From Candidatus Doudnabacteria bacterium RIFCSPHIGHO2_02_FULL_42_25 (lineage in GTDB: Bacteria; Patescibacteriota; Doudnabacteria; UBA920; O2-02-FULL-48-8), in NCBI GenBank assembly GCA_001777665.1, contig MFEQ01000006.1, forward strand, positions 278,300 to 342,299: a DNA stretch of 64,000 nt. Direction: 5' to 3'. The position numbers were made by a program, and so were the translations under genes. Below the pieces are notes generated by a model. The model was not told where the DNA came from, ran no database searches, and was given only the letters and a program-made list of their open reading frames with translations. Each line of letters starts with the position of its first letter. Position 1 is the first letter of the stretch. Positions 36,387 to 46,972 of the stretch are shown piece by piece.

Positions 36387-37835
36387 TTACTCGGGGCAAA
36401 CAGTCAAACCTACTAAGATGGCTTGCAAATCGTCGAAGTCAGTGGCAGCGAAGTAATGTGCTGCATTATCTGCAATATCAGTTTGCAAGAATGTAGCATC
36501 TACATCACCACCAACACCAACTACGAAAATTTCCACTCCAGCTAATCGTGCTGCATCTGCTTCAGCAGCAGCTGCGGCTTTGGCTGTAGCTTCGTTGGTT
36601 GGCTGATTTGGATTACCATCAGTGATAACGACGATAATATCTTTCACAGCTGGCCGTTCATGCTCATGACCATTATTCAGTTCGGCGTTAGCCAAATCTA
36701 ATCCTTCGAAAAGATTAGTTAAGCCGCCAGAGGTTAGAGCATTGATAGCAGTGTGGACATCAGCTTCAGTACCAGTTAGATGAAGATCCAAAGTTCCTGT
36801 GCTCGAAAAACTAGACTGTCCAACATGGACTCCAACTCCAGTCGGAGCCAGAGCAGTGGCGAATGCATTCGCAGCATTCTTGAGCGTGGTTAATTCACCA
36901 GCATCAATACTGCCACTTCGATCCAGGACCAACATCAGATCTATCTGTTCCTCACAACCGATCTCGGTCAGAGAAATTCCAGTTACTTCAATCCACAAAT
37001 CCGTGCCAAACACCAAGTGTTCTACCTCGGATGGCAATCGAAATTCTTCAGGTACATGGAACCCTGGAGTATCGTCGTCAAGGTCATTTCCTTCATCATC
37101 AGCTTCTTGCGCACAATGATTAACGAAACATGGGACCTTGAGATCAATCGTCCAGTTATCAGCTATGTCCTGGGCTGATTTCGCCAATCTACCTACAGCT
37201 ATAAACCCAGGATTCAAGATACTTACGTCCTCCCAGAAATAAGATTCATGGAATGCTTCCACTGATTTATCATTATCAGTTTCAGACCCATCTTCAGTGG
37301 TTTCATGCTTGGATAGATAGTTGGCTAACGGAAGATAACAATATCTCCAATACTCATCCAACGGATTATAAGCTCCGTATGGAGAATTGAGAGGGAGATT
37401 ATCTTCACAGTACTCCCAGGCCGGGCCCTCGAATCCCTCGATATCGAGTGAGCTATATGGATCGCCAGGGAACGGATTCATATTCGAATCACATCCCTCC
37501 AGCGGTACGTCGCCCGCCACTTGGCGAGTTTCGCCACAAACCCATCCGCCTTTGACTTTCGGCTTTTGCTTAATGACATACTCAACGTCATCCACACGAT
37601 TTTCACCCTGGAATGAATCCGACAATTCCACTTGGATATCCCTAGTCAGATATTCTTGTGGGAACACGGTGCCGAATTCGAGCGGGCCTTCGCTGACCGA
37701 GAGTGCGTTTTCAATTCGAGCCGTGACGTTCACAATATGCGCTTCGAATGCTGAAAACGCTGCAGCACCAGCGATTATAACAACTGCTGTTATACCCCCT
37801 AACCCTATTTTCCTCAACCATTTAATGTTTTTCAT
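36387..37835 (-). CDS. secreted TasA/camelysin-like protein with C-terminal von Willebrand factor A domain
   Basis: N-terminus AAAFSAFEAHIVNVTARIENAL. The vWA MIDAS motifs are 'LVLDRSGS' … 'ITDG'. Confidence 0.7.
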   Translation of the reverse strand: MKNIKWLRKIGLGGITAVVIIAGAAAFSAFEAHIVNVTARIENALSVSEGPLEFGTVFPQEYLTRDIQVELSDSFQGENRVDDVEYVIKQKPKVKGGWVCGETRQVAGDVPLEGCDSNMNPFPGDPYSSLDIEGFEGPAWEYCEDNLPLNSPYGAYNPLDEYWRYCYLPLANYLSKHETTEDGSETDNDKSVEAFHESYFWEDVSILNPGFIAVGRLAKSAQDIADNWTIDLKVPCFVNHCAQEADDEGNDLDDDTPGFHVPEEFRLPSEVEHLVFGTDLWIEVTGISLTEIGCEEQIDLMLVLDRSGSIDAGELTTLKNAANAFATALAPTGVGVHVGQSSFSSTGTLDLHLTGTEADVHTAINALTSGGLTNLFEGLDLANAELNNGHEHERPAVKDIIVVITDGNPNQPTNEATAKAAAAAEADAARLAGVEIFVVGVGGDVDATFLQTDIADNAAHYFAATDFDDLQAILVGLTVCPE

Positions 37836-37859
37836 TTTAGGTTAGGTTAATAAGATTTA

Positions 37860-38942
37860 TTATGGAACTTGTACTTCTTCTAGTACGTTAGTAATTGTAC
37901 ACGTTACTGCTCCACTACTGGCCAAAGGAAGGTTATCACAGTCTGCATTACCGTTTACGCTGTTACTATAAGTCGTAGTATAACCCGCTTCGGCATCTTC
38001 CACTACGCTGTAGCTACCTGCTGGAAGACTGATGTCATTGCTACCATCACCCTCAAAAGCTACGGATACACCACCGTTAACAGTAAAACTGAAATCGGCG
38101 AAATTCTGACCTGCCACAACTTTCGTCACAGTCAACGTTCCTGGTGGAGGTGGAGTTTCGCTTACACCATTAACTTCTATCCAGAGATTACAACCAAAAA
38201 CTTTATGCTCATCAGCTGGATCAAGAACAAAATCAGCAGCAACCGCTCCCTGGTTATGTCTAGCGACGAAGTCTTCCCAATCTTGGGCTGAAAACCCTAA
38301 AAAAGTTGGTACAGCTAAGTCAATAATCCAATCATCAACCACATCTCCACCAATCTTTGTGAGATGGCCATTTGTATCATTCCAAGTGACGACACCATTA
38401 GCGAATGTCCAAGGTGTATGGAAGGATGGAAGACTTTCATCATTTTGTGGGACATTCCCATCTGGATCGCTTCCATCTTTGGAAATATATTCACAAAGTG
38501 AAGGAAGCAGACCCCAGGTTTCGTCTCCGACTAACACACGTGGTTCTGGACCACAATCAATAATGAAGTCATCTGGATCATCAGTTTGTAGATTCGGCAA
38601 GATGTGTCCAGTGCCAGTTGGGCCAACGAGTACAGTTCCACCATTAGTTGTCACACCGCACTTTGGCTTTTGGCGAATGAAGTATGATACATCATCTACC
38701 CTATCCTCATCTAGAAACGATTGCGAGAGAGAGACTGCAAGTGGTTTCTCCAGATGTTCTTGTGGGAACACTGTTCCAAAGTCGATGGCATCAACTGGAA
38801 CATTCAATGCATTCTCGATTCGGGCTGTCACATTGATGATGTGTGCTTCGAAAGCTGAAAACGCTGCAGCGCCGGCGATGACAATGGCGAGAGTGCCTAC
38901 TGCCAAGCCTGACTTCTTCAGCGCTTGTTTTAATTTAATCAT
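37860..38942 (-). CDS. secreted TasA/camelysin-like paralog
   Basis: N-terminus AAAFSAFEAHIINVTARIENAL. It is paralogous to the N-terminal half of 36387-37835. Confidence 0.65.
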   Translation of the reverse strand: MIKLKQALKKSGLAVGTLAIVIAGAAAFSAFEAHIINVTARIENALNVPVDAIDFGTVFPQEHLEKPLAVSLSQSFLDEDRVDDVSYFIRQKPKCGVTTNGGTVLVGPTGTGHILPNLQTDDPDDFIIDCGPEPRVLVGDETWGLLPSLCEYISKDGSDPDGNVPQNDESLPSFHTPWTFANGVVTWNDTNGHLTKIGGDVVDDWIIDLAVPTFLGFSAQDWEDFVARHNQGAVAADFVLDPADEHKVFGCNLWIEVNGVSETPPPPGTLTVTKVVAGQNFADFSFTVNGGVSVAFEGDGSNDISLPAGSYSVVEDAEAGYTTTYSNSVNGNADCDNLPLASSGAVTCTITNVLEEVQVP

Positions 38943-39457
38943 TTACTTTTCCTTTTTTACCCCGTCAAATTTGGCTGGGTAAATTAATTTTTTTACTCTT
39001 TTTTCCTGCTTAAACCTCCAAATATTTTTCTAGATGGGGCGATTTTACGCCCCCAGATTGGAGCTAGAAACTAGTTCCGGCCCCATTTAGGGGGCCTAAC
39101 GCAGGAGTTTTTGACACTCAACTACTCTTATAGAGTTCGACTTTTAATTAAGTGTAAATAAAAAATCCCAAAACAAATAAAAAATTGCTTAGGATTTTAC
39201 ATTTTTAAATTGGATGTTTTTTACGAAGCGATAAAAAAGCATATTTTAGACAAACAAAAAGTCATCTACTTAAATTAGATTTCTCCTTTAGTAACTAGTG
39301 ACTTTTGTCTTGGAGTTGAATTATATCAGTTGAATTGTTCAAGGCAATTAAATTTATTTGGCCATAAATATCATACAAATTTCAAGCAATTTTAGTTGCA
39401 TCTGATTGAGCTGTTTATAAGTTGTGATAAACAGTTTATAACGTGCGCATAAATAAA

Positions 39458-39482
39458 AAGACCCGCTCGAGCAGGTCTTTAA
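39458..39482. terminator. bidirectional terminator hairpin
   Basis: AAGACCCGCTC/GAGCAGGTCTT. Confidence 0.55.
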
Positions 39483-39493
39483 GAATCTTTTTT

Positions 39494-40435
39494 CTATCGA
39501 ACTGGTGCGGTTTTTGGAGTGACTGGATAGAGTTGTGGATCAATCGTGCGATCGAAACAAACACGCCCTGCAGTATGACTCCAGTTGAAATTGGTGCCGT
39601 ATGGATCGTAATAAGGTTGTGGGACTGACTTCCCTCGACTGTCGTCTTCTGAGGCGAGATTGAATGTCGCACAGAGATCAAAATTCAAAGCACCTTTGAT
39701 ATGATATTCGTAAGCTGCGTTTGTTTCAGGATCCGCAGGGGGGACAAATCCGGAAATTGAATCTTTCAAATTATCGAGAGAAGCAGGAAGTATGCCTTTC
39801 AACTGATAGTGACTAATGATTTGAGATTGGAGTTCTTGTAGATTCATGACGCGTCGTTCATCAAACCCTCTCTTGCGTTGTGTAGCTGGACTACCGGCTG
39901 CAACAAATCCACCGATGATCGCAGCCAGGACCACGACCGACATAATCCAGGCAAATTCTTTGCTGTGTTCTGTTTTGCCATGCAATGCTCGGAGGTAATA
40001 AAAGAAAATCGCCGCTGAAACTGCCAAAACGACTAAAACTTTCAGGACGAATCGAGCAGTCAGTTCTCCGCCAAAAAAACTGTTGAACAGAGTGGCCACA
40101 TCCACGATCGCCACGATCGCAGAAATAAACAGGGTCAGATAGCCGAGCCATTTGCGGATTTTGAGTTCGCTGTGTCCTGGTTCTTTGACTATGTCTTTGT
40201 GGATCAACCACATCAGGAATATATATACTGGGAAGCTGACGAACAAAATCGAAGCTGACCAGCGAATAGATTCGTTCAAACCATAACTGTACGAAAGCTG
40301 ATCCGGTAGCCAAGCATTTACTAACTGAAATACGAGCACAATAAAGCTTACCGCACTCATATATAGAGTGACGATCGCTAGAAGATGATAGAACACATCT
40401 TTCGGCGTCGTGGCTGAAGTATTATTTGATGCCAT
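39494..40435 (-). CDS. polytopic membrane protein with C-terminal 'LCATF' domain
   Basis: Six TM helices. The C-terminal domain shares LP.SL…DPET..AYEY…DLCATFNL.SEDD with 18766-19181 and 19185-20339. Confidence 0.55.
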   Translation of the reverse strand: MASNNTSATTPKDVFYHLLAIVTLYMSAVSFIVLVFQLVNAWLPDQLSYSYGLNESIRWSASILFVSFPVYIFLMWLIHKDIVKEPGHSELKIRKWLGYLTLFISAIVAIVDVATLFNSFFGGELTARFVLKVLVVLAVSAAIFFYYLRALHGKTEHSKEFAWIMSVVVLAAIIGGFVAAGSPATQRKRGFDERRVMNLQELQSQIISHYQLKGILPASLDNLKDSISGFVPPADPETNAAYEYHIKGALNFDLCATFNLASEDDSRGKSVPQPYYDPYGTNFNWSHTAGRVCFDRTIDPQLYPVTPKTAPVR

Positions 40436-40479
40436 AAATTTTGGTTAATTCGTTACTTTTAGTATACCAGAAAACCAAC

Positions 40480-43380
40480 TTAGACTCGAACCGGTTTCAG
40501 GGCTTTGGCCAAGTATTGGCCGGTGTAACTTTTTTTGACTTTCGCGACGTCTTCTGGGGTGCCAACTGCCACGACCTGTCCGCCCTTATTCCCACCTTCA
40601 GGACCGAGATCAATAACCCAGTCCGCCGATTTGATGACATCGAGGTTGTGTTCAATGACTAGAACTGTGTTCCCTTTCTCGACTAAACGATTGAGTACGC
40701 CGAGTAAGCGCTTGACGTCATCAAAGTGCAACCCAGTCGTTGGTTCATCTAAAATGTATAGTGTGCGGCCAGTGGAAGCTCTGGATAATTCAGAAGAGAG
40801 TTTGATACGTTGCGCTTCTCCGCCAGAGAGTGTGGTAGCTTGCTGACCCAAATGCATGTAACCGAGACCGACTAAAGATAGCGTTTCTAATTTACGAGCA
40901 ATTAATGGCACGTTGCGGAAAAAAACATGTGCTTCATCCACTGTCATTTCCAGGACATCAGAAATATTTTTACCTTTGTAGTGGATGTCGAGAGCTTCTT
41001 TATTATAGCGTTTACCTTTACACTCTTCACAAGCGACATAGACATCTGGCAAGAAATGCATTTCGATTTTGATTACCCCATCGCCGCCACAGACTTCACA
41101 ACGGCCACCTTTAACATTGAAACTAAATCGGCCGGCTTTGTAACCACGCATGCGAGCTTCCGGTACAGATGCAAACAGATCGCGAATATAGGTGAAGACG
41201 CCGGTATAAGTCGCTGGGTTGGAGCGTGGTGTCCGGCCAATCGGTGACTGGTCAATATTAATAACTTTGTCGATGTTGTCGATGCCGAGGATTTTTTTAT
41301 GTTCACCTGGTGATTCTTTGGCATTGTAGAAATAAGCAGAAAGGGATTTGGCTAAAATCTCATTGAGCAATGTTGATTTGCCACTGCCCGAAACTCCAGT
41401 CAGACAAACAAATTTACCCAAAGGGATTTCGACATCAATGTTTTTAAGGTTGTGTTCAGTCGCACCTACAACTTTGATAGTTTTACCATTCCCTTTCTTG
41501 CGTGCCATAGGTACCGAGACTGATTCAGCACCAGACATGTACTTGCCAGTGAGAGAATTTTTATCTTTGGCTACTGTATTAGGTGTGCCTTCAGCAACTA
41601 ACTGCCCGCCGTGTTTGCCAGCACCAGGCCCGATATCTACGACCCAGTCCGAGGCCCAGATGGTTTCTTCGTCGTGTTCAACCACGATGACAGTGTTTCC
41701 GAGATCGCGCAAATTTTTCAAAGTTCGAAGTAATCGATCGTTATCGCGTTGGTGAAGCCCGATCGATGGTTCGTCTAAGATATAGAGCACGCCGGTCAAT
41801 CCTGAACCGATTTGGGTGGCCAGACGAATGCGCTGGGCTTCTCCGCCAGAGAGTGTATCCGCAGATCGATCGAGAGTCAGATAATTCAAACCGACATCTT
41901 GTAAAAATTTCAAACGAGAAACAATTTCTTTGAAGATCTGATGGGCGATTTTCATGTCTTTCTCGGACATTTTCTTCGGCAGGGATTCTGTAAACTCAAT
42001 CGCTTCGTCAATTGAGAAGTTGGAAACATCGACAATCGATTTCGCATCGATAGTGACTGCCAAAAATTCTGGTTTCAATCTCTTCCCTTTACAGGTCGGA
42101 CATTTCTGCACCCGCATATACTGTTCAATCTCACCACGCATATAGTCTGATTCGGTTTCTTTGTATTTGCGCATTAAATTATGGACCACACCCTCAAACG
42201 GACCGAAGTGGCCATAACCAGATTCATCCTGAAATGAAATTTTCGTGTCTCCAGTACCGTACAAAACTGCATCCAGTGCTTTCTTCGGTAAATCTCGAAC
42301 TGGAACGTGGATAGAAAACCCGTAAACTTTCGAAACTGCTTCGAGAACTCGGGAATACCAAGACATTCTGGAGGTAGTTTTGCTCCATGGTCGGATCGCA
42401 CCTTCGGCGAGAGTCAATCTTTTATTTGGGATGACTAATTCAGCCTCGATTTCCAGTCTAGTGCCAAGTCCGGTACAATCCGGACATGCGCCGTGTGGAG
42501 AGTTAAAAGAGAAGTTCCTTGGGTTCAATTCAGGTAGATTAGTATGGCCCTCCGGACAGGCAAAATTAGATGAGAGCAGTATCTCTCCCGCCTGCCACGC
42601 CTCTATCTCTTGCTTTGACCGAGGCATGGCGGGCAGGTCTTTCTCATCTTTGGCAATTATCACGGAATCGTTCCCCAAATCCAGTGCTGTTTCGAGAGAA
42701 TCAGCAATTCTGGCTCGATCTCCTGAATCCAAAGATATCCGATCCACCACAATATCTATAGTGTGTTTTTTCTTTTTGTCGACATTGAGCTGCAACGCCT
42801 CGGACAAATCCATAATCGTGCCGTCAAATCGGATTCGCTGGTAGCCGGATTTTTTGGCTTCTTCCAGTAAATGTTTGTGCTCGCCTTTTTGGTCACGAAC
42901 CAGTGGCGCCATGATCACGATCTTGGTGGATTCTGGCCAACTGACGATCTGGTCTACCATTTGAGTGACACTTTGTCCGGTAATTTTTTTACCACAAACC
43001 GGACAGTGCGGAGTGCCGACACGAGCGTAGAGTAATCTCAAATAATCATAAATTTCGGTAACAGTTCCGACAGTCGAGCGCGGATTGTGTGATGCAGATT
43101 TCTGGTCGATAGAAATCGCTGGTGAGAGTCCTTCTATCTTGTCGACATCAGGTTTATCCATAAGTCCTAAAAATTGTCTGGCGTAAGCCGAGAGGGATTC
43201 AACATAGCGTCGCTGACCTTCCGCGTATATGGTATCGAATGCCAAAGAGGATTTGCCGCTACCTGAAAGACCCGTGATGACCACGAGTTTGTTTCTGGGG
43301 ATATCGACATTGATGTTTTTTAAGTTATGGACCCGAGCTCCCCTTATTACTATCTTATCTGACATTGCGTATTCTCCCAT
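40480..43380 (-). CDS. uvrA: excinuclease ABC subunit A
   Basis: Two ABC ATPase modules with zinc fingers are present. The likely true start is the internal Met at 43365. Confidence 0.95.
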   Translation of the reverse strand: MGEYAMSDKIVIRGARVHNLKNINVDIPRNKLVVITGLSGSGKSSLAFDTIYAEGQRRYVESLSAYARQFLGLMDKPDVDKIEGLSPAISIDQKSASHNPRSTVGTVTEIYDYLRLLYARVGTPHCPVCGKKITGQSVTQMVDQIVSWPESTKIVIMAPLVRDQKGEHKHLLEEAKKSGYQRIRFDGTIMDLSEALQLNVDKKKKHTIDIVVDRISLDSGDRARIADSLETALDLGNDSVIIAKDEKDLPAMPRSKQEIEAWQAGEILLSSNFACPEGHTNLPELNPRNFSFNSPHGACPDCTGLGTRLEIEAELVIPNKRLTLAEGAIRPWSKTTSRMSWYSRVLEAVSKVYGFSIHVPVRDLPKKALDAVLYGTGDTKISFQDESGYGHFGPFEGVVHNLMRKYKETESDYMRGEIEQYMRVQKCPTCKGKRLKPEFLAVTIDAKSIVDVSNFSIDEAIEFTESLPKKMSEKDMKIAHQIFKEIVSRLKFLQDVGLNYLTLDRSADTLSGGEAQRIRLATQIGSGLTGVLYILDEPSIGLHQRDNDRLLRTLKNLRDLGNTVIVVEHDEETIWASDWVVDIGPGAGKHGGQLVAEGTPNTVAKDKNSLTGKYMSGAESVSVPMARKKGNGKTIKVVGATEHNLKNIDVEIPLGKFVCLTGVSGSGKSTLLNEILAKSLSAYFYNAKESPGEHKKILGIDNIDKVINIDQSPIGRTPRSNPATYTGVFTYIRDLFASVPEARMRGYKAGRFSFNVKGGRCEVCGGDGVIKIEMHFLPDVYVACEECKGKRYNKEALDIHYKGKNISDVLEMTVDEAHVFFRNVPLIARKLETLSLVGLGYMHLGQQATTLSGGEAQRIKLSSELSRASTGRTLYILDEPTTGLHFDDVKRLLGVLNRLVEKGNTVLVIEHNLDVIKSADWVIDLGPEGGNKGGQVVAVGTPEDVAKVKKSYTGQYLAKALKPVRV
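42587..42637 (-). repeat. 51-bp palindromic element inserted in-frame in uvrA
   Basis: On the coding strand: CCTGCCCGCCATGCC-N21-GGCGTGGCAGGCGGG. It encodes [18 protein letters not shown]. Confidence 0.85.
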
Positions 43381-43542
43381 CCCGGACTACGATCCGGGAT
43401 CCACTTCTATAAATTAATACAGACTGGTTTCTTATAGTCACTCTGAACTTCTAAAAACGCTGACGACGATACAACCCTCTATTTTTGGGGGCCTTAAATT
43501 AGCCAAAATAGCCTAACATAAAAAAACCGCCCTGGCAAGAGC

Positions 43543-43905
43543 CTAGAGGGCAGAAGATGTTTTTTGCTTTGCGACCGTCTTGAGCAGTTGCCGGCGCATA
43601 TACCAGGATCCAGCCATAATCGCGACCGTCAGCCGATAAAACAGATCGTCGTGAGTTAACACGACAGCTGCTGCATACCAGTAATGGTTCACGCGTAGGA
43701 TCGCTGCTACAACCTCCAGTAGTCTCTCAAAGACGGTAACTACACCGAACATGAAAAAAAGTGTCCTGGCCAGATTAGTTTTCGCCTTTCGCACTGCCCA
43801 AAACGGGAGCACGATTAACGCGACGTCATTCACTAAAAACTGCATCATTCCGTCGAGTGCTGGATCACTCATGGATCGAGATTGCGCAATTACCACTAAC
43901 AGCAT
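43543..43905 (-). CDS. hypothetical small membrane protein
   Basis: 120 aa with three TM segments. GC content is above the local average. Confidence 0.4.
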   Translation of the reverse strand: MLLVVIAQSRSMSDPALDGMMQFLVNDVALIVLPFWAVRKAKTNLARTLFFMFGVVTVFERLLEVVAAILRVNHYWYAAAVVLTHDDLFYRLTVAIMAGSWYMRRQLLKTVAKQKTSSAL

Positions 43906-43914
43906 GTCCCCTCC

Positions 43915-44337
43915 TCAGGTGTGTTGTCTATCTGCCGGATAAACCGGAGGTATCGGCAAGCCGGACAAAGAACGAGCGATCAGCATGACCAGACAAATCA
44001 GATCCAACCAGTAACCGGCGTAAGGCCACATCCCGGTGAAATCCTCCGGGAAAAATCTGCTGGCCTGATAGGGCACCACTGGAAAAATCAGAAGCACTAA
44101 AGCACCTAATGCTGCCCAGCTCGCACGATAGGCGCCGCGACGATCCCTGTATCTGGTTCGTTCCATCCAATCGTGAGTTGCGGCGAGCAAGATGGCCGTC
44201 AAAGCGCCAGCCATCAAGGATACTGGAACAAAAATGAACCAGCGATGACTGACACCGGCAATTGCCGCGTACCCATGTCCGAGCAAGAGCGAGCCTGTTA
44301 CAAAAATCACGGCGAGGTAAAGTATTCCAATTTCCAT
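43915..44337 (-). CDS. hypothetical small membrane protein
   Basis: 140 aa with four TM segments. Confidence 0.45.
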   Translation of the reverse strand: MEIGILYLAVIFVTGSLLLGHGYAAIAGVSHRWFIFVPVSLMAGALTAILLAATHDWMERTRYRDRRGAYRASWAALGALVLLIFPVVPYQASRFFPEDFTGMWPYAGYWLDLICLVMLIARSLSGLPIPPVYPADRQHT

Positions 44338-44457
44338 CTTTTCCTCCTTCGGAAGACATTCGAAAGTGAATTCAGTATAGTACTTTCACTAAATGTTTAA
44401 AAGATATAAAAAAAACCGCCGGCGCAAGGGTTACTTGTCAGACGGGGTGCAGGGTCT

Positions 44458-44775
44458 TTACTCGAGTGGCTCCAGTTGAGACCATGACTCAAATAGCTTT
44501 TGTTGCTTCCAGGTCAGATCGATGACTTCAGCGGCGCGGAACTGCCTGAACATTCCTGGATTAAAACTTCTTCGCCGGGGCTCTGGACCGAAGCTACGCA
44601 AGGCTCTCCGCCTACTACTCCTTTCCGGAGAAGGAAGTTCTTGCCACAGTCGGCCGAGGCCTTCTCGAGTATTCCTGGCAGCATCAAATTCAGCAAACGC
44701 AATATTTGCTTGAATCAGAACCCGCCCAAGGGGATCTCGACCACCCAGAATCAGACGCATTTTCCTGTCAGCCAT
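44458..44775 (-). CDS. small GC-rich hypothetical protein (foreign-looking)
   Basis: SD AAGGAGG before the ATG, and a downstream GC hairpin with a T-run. Confidence 0.45.
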   Translation of the reverse strand: MADRKMRLILGGRDPLGRVLIQANIAFAEFDAARNTREGLGRLWQELPSPERSSRRRALRSFGPEPRRRSFNPGMFRQFRAAEVIDLTWKQQKLFESWSQLEPLE

Positions 44776-44820
44776 GAGACCTCCTTTGGCTGTATTCTTA
44801 TATCAAAGTATAATACTTTC

Positions 44821-46641
44821 ATGTCGAAACAGCTAGAACAAAAGATTAAAGACCTCCCCCAGAAACCCGGTGTCTATGTATTCAAAGATGCCAAAGGGTT
44901 GGTTTTGTACGTCGGGAAAGCGATCAAACTCAAAAACCGAGTTAGTTCTTATTTCAAACGGGACGGTGATGATGGTCGCGGACCTCGGATCCAACAAATG
45001 ATTTCTCTAATTCGTGACCTCAACTACACGGTCACAGATAATGAAACTGAAAGTTTGATCCTGGAGAAAAATTTCATTTCACAACTCAAACCCAAATACA
45101 ACGTTGATCTCCGTGATGACAAAAATTATTTATTTATTAAAATAAATATCAAAGATGAAATCCCGACGATTGGCTATGAACGAAAACTGATGGATCGAAG
45201 TAGCCGTTATTTCGGTCCTTATACTTCAGGACTTGCCATCAAAGACACACTTCGGATGCTCCGAAATATTTTTCCTTACTGTTCCAACAAAAAAATCGGT
45301 AATAAACCTTGCTTCTTTTATCACATCGGTAAATGTCCGGGTGTTTGCTTTGGCAAAATAAGTACCCAAGAATACCGCGACAATTACATCAAAAAAATTA
45401 TCCAATTTCTGGAAGGCCGCCAATCTCAAGTTCTGAAAGATTTACAAAAACAGATGCGATCTTTTGCGTCCCATAAACAATTTGAAAAAGCAGCGAAGGT
45501 TCGCAACCAAATTTTTGCCCTGAACCGAGTGCTCGAACGACAAAAATTGGTTTACCCGAAAAAACTCGACCAAGATGTGTTCTCTGTTTATACAGACCTG
45601 CCCGCCATGCCTCGGGTAAAGCAATCCGACAAGGCGTGGCAGGCGGGTGGTGTCGCATCCATCAATTTATTCATGATCCGAGAAGGAAAACTCATCCAAA
45701 AAGAAAACTTCATCATGGAAAATACGAAACAAGTCCCGGTTGATGAAATTTTGCAAAGTTTTCTCGAAAGATATTATCTAGAGGCTTCAAGCATACCCAA
45801 AGAAGTATTACTTCCAGCCCAAATTATCCCTGATGAACTATATCCGGTATTTATCGGTCGTCGATTTCCCAAATTTACAGTACCAGTCCAGGGTCAAAGA
45901 CTACAGCTTCTGAAATTAGGCCAAGAAAATGCCAAACAATATCTGGAAAGCACCACAGATAAACATTTGTTAGAAGAAGCTCGATTGCTCGCCTCGCTCA
46001 AAGAATTGCAACGAGTTTTGGATCTACCGAATTTGCCAGGTCGCATCGAAGCGTACGACATTTCGAATATCCAAGGCACCAACCCTGTCGGCTCGATGGT
46101 TGTGTTTGACTTCGCCCGACCGAAAAAATCTGATTATCGTAAATTTAAAATTAATAAAAAACAAACTCCTGATGACTTCGCTATGATGCGCGAAATGCTC
46201 GAACGACGATTTCGCAACGATTGGCCTCTTCCCGATCTGATCCTGATCGATGGCGGGAAGGGTCAATTGAATGCAGCCCTTTCAGTGCTTCAGGTTTCAG
46301 GTTCCAGGTTTCAGGTCATTGGCCTCGCCAAACGCTTAGAAGAAATTTTTACTCCCCTTAATACTTCCCCCTTGATACTTCCTACTAACTCCCAAGCACT
46401 TTATCTCTTACAACGCATCCGCGATGAAGCTCATCGCTTCGGCGTGAAATACCATAGACATTTGCGATCGAAGGGATCTCTCTCTTCTGTGCTCGATCAA
46501 ATCTCCGGCATCGGTCCGGCCAAGAAAAAAACATTGCTCCAAAAATTTGGCTCTGCTGCCAAAGTTCGTTCTGCTAGTCTTACAGAACTTGCCGCGATCG
46601 TTGGGTCTAAAACCGCCGAGAAGATCAAGGCATCTCTTTGA
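44821..46641 (+). CDS. uvrC: excinuclease ABC subunit C
   Basis: GIY-YIG N-terminus (GVYVFKD…LYVGKA), UvrBC-interacting region and C-terminal HhH. The true start is at 44821, six nt after a TATAAT box; the N-terminal extension in the ORF track is spurious. Confidence 0.9.
   Translation: MSKQLEQKIKDLPQKPGVYVFKDAKGLVLYVGKAIKLKNRVSSYFKRDGDDGRGPRIQQMISLIRDLNYTVTDNETESLILEKNFISQLKPKYNVDLRDDKNYLFIKINIKDEIPTIGYERKLMDRSSRYFGPYTSGLAIKDTLRMLRNIFPYCSNKKIGNKPCFFYHIGKCPGVCFGKISTQEYRDNYIKKIIQFLEGRQSQVLKDLQKQMRSFASHKQFEKAAKVRNQIFALNRVLERQKLVYPKKLDQDVFSVYTDLPAMPRVKQSDKAWQAGGVASINLFMIREGKLIQKENFIMENTKQVPVDEILQSFLERYYLEASSIPKEVLLPAQIIPDELYPVFIGRRFPKFTVPVQGQRLQLLKLGQENAKQYLESTTDKHLLEEARLLASLKELQRVLDLPNLPGRIEAYDISNIQGTNPVGSMVVFDFARPKKSDYRKFKINKKQTPDDFAMMREMLERRFRNDWPLPDLILIDGGKGQLNAALSVLQVSGSRFQVIGLAKRLEEIFTPLNTSPLILPTNSQALYLLQRIRDEAHRFGVKYHRHLRSKGSLSSVLDQISGIGPAKKKTLLQKFGSAAKVRSASLTELAAIVGSKTAEKIKASL
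45597..45647 (+). repeat. 51-bp palindromic element inserted in-frame in uvrC
   Basis: CCTGCCCGCCATGCC-TCGGGTAAAGCAATCCGACAA-GGCGTGGCAGGCGGG. It encodes LPAMPRVKQSDKAWQAGG. Confidence 0.85.
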
Positions 46642-46741
46642 TTGTTATCTGTTATCTGGTAACTGTTGACTGATTTCTCCTTTTCTGGCAAAATAGCTAA
46701 GTCCCGCCTGCGCTAAAGCTTCGGCGGGCAAGCATAAATAT

Positions 46742-46969
46742 ATGCAGATTACACAAAATACTTTAATTTTTGCCCTGATAGTCATCGATGTTTTGATTAT
46801 CATTACCATCCTTATGCAACAGCGCGAGGGCGGACTTTCCACTGTATTTGGCGGCGAAGGACAAGTTTATCGTTCCAAACGAGGTTTAGCTCGTGGACTA
46901 CATTACTTTACTATTTTACTCGCTGTCATATTCGTCGGCCTCTCGGTCGCCGTGCTCTTCGTCAAATAA
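46742..46969 (+). CDS. secG: preprotein translocase subunit SecG
   Basis: 75 aa with two TM segments and a central GG…LS motif. Confidence 0.7.
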   Translation: MQITQNTLIFALIVIDVLIIITILMQQREGGLSTVFGGEGQVYRSKRGLARGLHYFTILLAVIFVGLSVAVLFVK

Positions 46970-46972
46970 CGA

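Noticed and set aside
44500-44820. ORF-track N-terminal extensions of uvrC (from 44500), trpS (from 56907), ychF (from 60242), dus and uvrA
   Set aside because: The conserved N-termini begin at internal Met codons: MSKQLEQ… for uvrC, MSKKEVIV… for trpS, MSFKIGIV… for ychF. The upstream frame is open only by chance and overlaps other genes or promoters.
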